From Planctomycetaceae bacterium (lineage in GTDB: Bacteria; Planctomycetota; Phycisphaerae; Phycisphaerales; SM1A02), in assembly GCA_027483065.1 (NCBI GenBank), contig JAIXVI010000304.1, positions 1-58,139 on the forward strand: DNA of 58,139 nt, read 5' to 3'. Positions 54,442 to 58,139 of this stretch are shown in pieces. Positions within the stretch are counted from its first letter, which is position 1. Each line of letters begins with the position of its first letter. The position numbers and the translations under genes were made by a program. The notes beneath the pieces were generated by a model. It had not been told where the DNA came from. It ran no database searches and saw nothing but the letters and a program-made list of their open reading frames with translations.

Positions 54442-55899
54442 TTACACGCGTAGTTCAGCCTTTGCCGTCAGCGAGGCTGCGTGGCGGTGCCGAACTGGAT
54501 CGACCACCGTCGCGATGAAGCGATCGACCTGCTCGGGCGCGCGTCCCACGAATGTCGCTGGATCGAGCGCGCTGTCGAGATCAACCTTCGCAAAGAATGG
54601 ATCACGCTTGAGGCGTTCCATCAGATCGTTCGCGCGGCCGAATCGCTTCACTTCTTCGGCAGCAGCCATCGAGTGAACGCGAATGACTTCGTGCGCTTCC
54701 TGGCGATCCGCGCCGGCGCGCGTAGCGGCCAACATGATGTTCTCGCTCGCCATGAACGGGAGTTCGGCGGCGAGATTGGCAGCAACCGTTGCTTCCCAAA
54801 CGACGAGACCTTCGGCGACGTTCGACATGATGTCGAGTGCGCCATCAAGCGCGAGGAACGCTTCGGGAAGCACGAGTCGACGGTTCGATGAGTCGTCGAG
54901 TGTGCGCTCGAGCCATTGCGTCGCGTGCGTTTGAAGCGGATCGTTGACGAGGCCCATGACGAAACGTGAGAGCCCACACGCCCGCTCGCAGCGCATCGGA
55001 TTGCGCTTGTACGCCATCGCCGAAGAACCGATTTGGTCCTTCTCAAACGGCTCTTCAATCTCTTTTTTGTTGGCGAGGAGTCGGATATCCGTCGCGCACT
55101 TGTGGACGGCGCTTGCGGCGATCGCGAGCGCGCTGACAACTTGCGCGTCAACGATGCGCGGATACGTTTGTCCGCACACGGAGAGCATGCGCGCTGCAGG
55201 CCAGCCGAGTTTTTCCGCGAATTTCCGCTCGAGTTCGTCGACCTTCGCGCTGTCGCCATCGAGAAGCCCGAGATACGAAGCTTGCGTACCAGTGGCGCCA
55301 CGCAGGCCGCGCAGGCGAAGGGCATTCGCAGCGAATTCCACTTGCTCGAGGGCAATGGCGAAATCTTGCGCCCAAAGTGTTGCGCGCTTTCCAACGGTCG
55401 TTGGTTGTGCCGGCTGAAAGTGCGTGAAACCAAGCGTGGGCAGCGCACGCCAACGTGCCGCGAACGCGCCGAGTCGGTCAATGACGCGCGCGAGTTTGCC
55501 TGCGGTGATCGCGAGCGCGTCGCGGAGCACAAGCGTATCGGCGTTGCACACAACGTCTTGACTTGTCGCGCCGAAGTGAATGATTGCGCGCGCCTCAGGC
55601 GCTGCGTCGCCGAGTGTGTGCACGTGCGCCATGACGTCGTGGCGAAGGCGTTGTTCGTGTCCCGCAGCGGCGGCGAAATCGATGTCGTCGAGATGCGCGC
55701 GAATCGCTTCGACCTGCGCGCGCGTCACGGGCATGCCGAGTTCGTGCTGGCTTTCGGCAAGCGCAAGCCAAATGCGGCGCCACGTCGAGAACTTCTTTTG
55801 TTCGCTCCAGAGTTCGCGCATGGCGCGACTTGCGTTGCGCGTTTCGAGCGGTGAGCGATAGCCCGTAAACTGCGTGCCTGTCGATTGCGTATCAGTCAT
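54442..55899 (-). CDS. purB: Adenylosuccinate lyase
   Basis: HFGATSQDV, GFTHFQPAQPTT and GSSAMAYKRNPMRCE (fumarate-lyase signature). The ATG at 55899 overlaps the plsY stop (ATGA). Confidence 0.9.
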   Translation of the reverse strand: MTDTQSTGTQFTGYRSPLETRNASRAMRELWSEQKKFSTWRRIWLALAESQHELGMPVTRAQVEAIRAHLDDIDFAAAAGHEQRLRHDVMAHVHTLGDAAPEARAIIHFGATSQDVVCNADTLVLRDALAITAGKLARVIDRLGAFAARWRALPTLGFTHFQPAQPTTVGKRATLWAQDFAIALEQVEFAANALRLRGLRGATGTQASYLGLLDGDSAKVDELERKFAEKLGWPAARMLSVCGQTYPRIVDAQVVSALAIAASAVHKCATDIRLLANKKEIEEPFEKDQIGSSAMAYKRNPMRCERACGLSRFVMGLVNDPLQTHATQWLERTLDDSSNRRLVLPEAFLALDGALDIMSNVAEGLVVWEATVAANLAAELPFMASENIMLAATRAGADRQEAHEVIRVHSMAAAEEVKRFGRANDLMERLKRDPFFAKVDLDSALDPATFVGRAPEQVDRFIATVVDPVRHRHAASLTAKAELRV

Positions 55900-56657
55900 G
55901 ACTTCACTTCTGCCGATTTCGTGGCTTCGACTTGCGCGGACGAATGTGGCTTCTTTTGCAGCACTTTGCTCTCGGTACCCGCGCGGATACGAGCGATGTT
56001 TGCGCGATGCTTCCAAACGACGAAGAGGGCGATGAGACCGCTCGCAGCGAGAAATGGCGTTGCATCACGCACGCCTGCAATGCCATGTGCTGAGATCGCG
56101 GCGACGAGCACAGAGCAGGGAACGGAGACGGCCGCGACCAGCGAGGCGAGGCTCACCATGCGGAAAATCAGCACAAGTGCGCACCACAAGATGAGCGCGA
56201 GTGCCGCGGGAACCGTGAGTACAGGCCACATCGCAGCAAGCGCGCCAAATCCTGTCGCGACACCTTTGCCACCTTTGAAGCCGATCCACGGAGAGAGCGT
56301 GTGTCCGACGATCGCGGCGGTGGCGGTTGCAAGCCAGAGCCAGGCGGCCGTCGGCGCAAGCGAACCGGGACTCGCGCCGAGTGCGCCGAGGATCCAACCG
56401 GAGAGGAGCACAGGAATTGCACCCTTCACCGCGTCGAGCACGAAGCAGAGGATTCCCCACGTTTTTCCGAGGGTTCGCCCGAGATTCGTCGCGCCGTAGT
56501 TCTTACTTCCAACCACGCCGAGATCGACGCCGCGCGAGCGAGCGAGGAGATGTGCGGTTGGGAAACTGCCGATGACGTACGCGCCGATGAGAAACCCCGC
56601 CCAGACGAGCGGTTGATTCGGAGTGGTTGATGAGGAGTCGACGAGAGCCAGCAACAT
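55896..56657 (-). CDS. plsY: Glycerol-3-phosphate acyltransferase PlsY
   Basis: GSFPTAHLLAR, GSKNYGATN and FKGGKGVAT motifs in a multi-TM protein. Confidence 0.9.
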   Translation of the reverse strand: MLLALVDSSSTTPNQPLVWAGFLIGAYVIGSFPTAHLLARSRGVDLGVVGSKNYGATNLGRTLGKTWGILCFVLDAVKGAIPVLLSGWILGALGASPGSLAPTAAWLWLATATAAIVGHTLSPWIGFKGGKGVATGFGALAAMWPVLTVPAALALILWCALVLIFRMVSLASLVAAVSVPCSVLVAAISAHGIAGVRDATPFLAASGLIALFVVWKHRANIARIRAGTESKVLQKKPHSSAQVEATKSAEVKS

Positions 56658-56729
56658 GGATCGCGATGATACGGAAAGCGCGCAGGGAACGCGGCGTGCG
56701 GAAGCGTCTTGAGATTCGACGCCACGCGG

Positions 56730-56996
56730 CTATTCGCCACGCCAAAGCGGTGCACCGTGCTTCGCAAGATGCCAACGGCCGGTGGCGCGGCGTACTTCGT
56801 TCGCGATGGCGAGCAAGACCGCTGGCGGAAGTGGAGCGGACAACTCGATGGAGTCCTCGAAGACCTCGACCTGCGGCGCCTCGACGCCATGCCGCTCGGC
56901 AGTTTCGGCCACCGATGCTCGAACCAAGTCCGCGATGGCGGGCGACGCGAGCGAGGTTGGAAATGCCGCGTGCAGCGTGAGGCGATGGGGAGTCAT
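56730..56996 (-). CDS. Hypothetical small protein (88 aa)
   Basis: It is the only ORF with genome-typical third-position G/C bias in the 416-nt gap between the HAD phosphatase gene and plsY. No motif recognised. Confidence 0.35.
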   Translation of the reverse strand: MTPHRLTLHAAFPTSLASPAIADLVRASVAETAERHGVEAPQVEVFEDSIELSAPLPPAVLLAIANEVRRATGRWHLAKHGAPLWRGE

Positions 56997-57072
56997 GACG
57001 TCGTTGCTGCGTGGGGAGTGGTGCGACGGCACGTGCACGTTGTGCGGCGAAGCCTTGTTCAGCGCATCGCGC

Positions 57073-57993
57073 TCAGCCGCGATCGAAGAGCAAGATCGTG
57101 ACGGTGACGAGTTGCAACAATGCCGCGCCAGCGGTCCAACGCACGAAGTTCTCGAAGTCTGCGAGATTGAGGAACGCGATCGCCGCGACCATGATCGCGA
57201 GGAGTTGTACGCCCATCGCCGCCACGCGAATGGCGCCTGTTTCACTGCGACGCAGGCGGAGCGCGCGCACTTCTTCGGTGAGATCCGCAACAGCGCGGCG
57301 AAGTCTTTCGCTTCCGCCGCTTGGCTGTACTGCGCCTCGTGATGAGCCTGTCGTCGTTGTGGCGGGTGTGCGCTCTTTCGAGCGCTTTCGGCGCTTTTTT
57401 CCGGTGTTTGGTTGCGTTGCACGCGACGAAGCCGATTCGTCGCGATGGCGGAGGATCGTCTCGACCGCTTCGCCAAGCGAAGCGGCGGTGAAATCGGGAG
57501 CAGCTTCTGCGATGCGAGCTTGATCGCGTGAAACAAGGATGGTGCGAAGACCCGCGGCACGACCCGCAGCGATATCGCGAGGGCTATCACCCACCAGCCA
57601 CGAGCGATCGAGGTCGAGCTCCATGTCTTGCGCAGCCTGTTGAATCATGCCAGGCTTCGGCTTGCGCCATGGATGCTCGCGCGTATAACCCGGAACGGTG
57701 CCTTTCGGATGGAATGGGCAGTAGTAGAAACGTTCGATCGTGCGCTTCAGGCCGGTCGCGACGTCGATGAGTTCACCGACTTTGGTGTGCACCGCGTCGA
57801 CGTCTGCCTCGGTGAATCGGCCGCGCGCGACGCCGCCTTGATTCGTGGCGACGACGAGGCGGAAGCCAGCATCACGCAAGCGGCGAAGTGCCGCGGGAAC
57901 GCCGTCAAGGATGCGGACATTCGCGGGATTGCCCGCAAACTCGTCATCAGGAACGAGGGTGCCGTCACGGTCGAGGAAGATTGCGGGTTCCAT
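57073..57993 (-). CDS. HAD-IIIA phosphatase (GmhB/histidinol-phosphatase-like) fused to a C-terminal basic linker and membrane segment
   Basis: AIFLDRDGTL (DxD motif I), VVATNQGG (motif II), YYCPFHP and RKPKPGM (motif III), LVGDSPRDI (motif IV). An extra ~115 aa ends in hydrophobic stretches. Confidence 0.75.
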   Translation of the reverse strand: MEPAIFLDRDGTLVPDDEFAGNPANVRILDGVPAALRRLRDAGFRLVVATNQGGVARGRFTEADVDAVHTKVGELIDVATGLKRTIERFYYCPFHPKGTVPGYTREHPWRKPKPGMIQQAAQDMELDLDRSWLVGDSPRDIAAGRAAGLRTILVSRDQARIAEAAPDFTAASLGEAVETILRHRDESASSRATQPNTGKKRRKRSKERTPATTTTGSSRGAVQPSGGSERLRRAVADLTEEVRALRLRRSETGAIRVAAMGVQLLAIMVAAIAFLNLADFENFVRWTAGAALLQLVTVTILLFDRG

Positions 57994-58000
57994 AGTTTGA

Positions 58001-58139
58001 GCGGTCGCCGCTGCGGCGGCTCCCTCTGGTTGTGCCCTTCGGAGTGAATCCTCAGGGCACTGGGTTGTCGTTCTTGATTCGCGGTCGCCGCTGCGGCGGC
58101 TCCCTCTGGTTGTGCCCTTCGGAGTGAATCCTCAGGGCA
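58001..58139. repeat. 59-nt exact direct repeat with an 80-nt period, truncated by the window edge
   Basis: 58001-58059 is identical to 58081-58139. The 21-nt segment between them (58060-58080) does not match the 21 nt preceding copy 1. Confidence 0.9.

Noticed and set aside
58001-58139. Possible CRISPR array at the window edge
   Set aside because: The identical segment is 59 nt with only 21 nt between copies, which does not fit CRISPR repeat/spacer dimensions. Only two copies are visible and no cas genes are present in the window. It is kept as an unexplained repeat instead.

Overview
High-GC bacterial chromosomal window, densely coding. The gene content suggests the PVC superphylum, probably a Planctomycetota/Phycisphaerae-like organism. 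That inference rests on an Hc1-type histone-like gene, many secreted enzymes carrying dockerin-like 'DxDxxGxVxxxDLxxLLxxWG' tags, and lipoprotein-type leaders. Most genes are housekeeping:
- Nucleotide metabolism: B12-dependent ribonucleotide reductase NrdJ with dCTP deaminase, and PurB.
- DNA repair and redox: UvrD/PcrA helicase and an SthA-like flavoprotein.
- Fe-S assembly: IscS-IscU-IscA.
- Other core functions: Map, HutI, PanC, polyprenyl synthase, AtpD, ManA, FabZ, PlsY.

There is also a set of secreted hydrolases (alpha/beta hydrolase, M14 carboxypeptidase, S1 protease, prolyl oligopeptidase, SGNH hydrolase) and two sigma/partner modules. I saw no rRNA, tRNA, CRISPR array, transposase or integrase.

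Three things stand out:
1. A 313-aa protein (21785-22726, minus strand) built almost entirely of Asn/Trp/Gly/Phe/Thr/Pro, with Cys clusters at both ends.
2. Unrelated short tandem arrays (periods 11-22 nt, plus one of 51 nt and one of 80 nt) at about a dozen gene junctions and in some 5' or 3' coding ends. Two arrays are clearly seeded from a gene's last codons plus its stop codon.
3. A 1.5-kb gap (13106-14626) with no credible ORF but several repeat arrays, and a hairpin-repeat block between iscS and iscU.

All functional calls come from reading motifs by eye. No database search was run.
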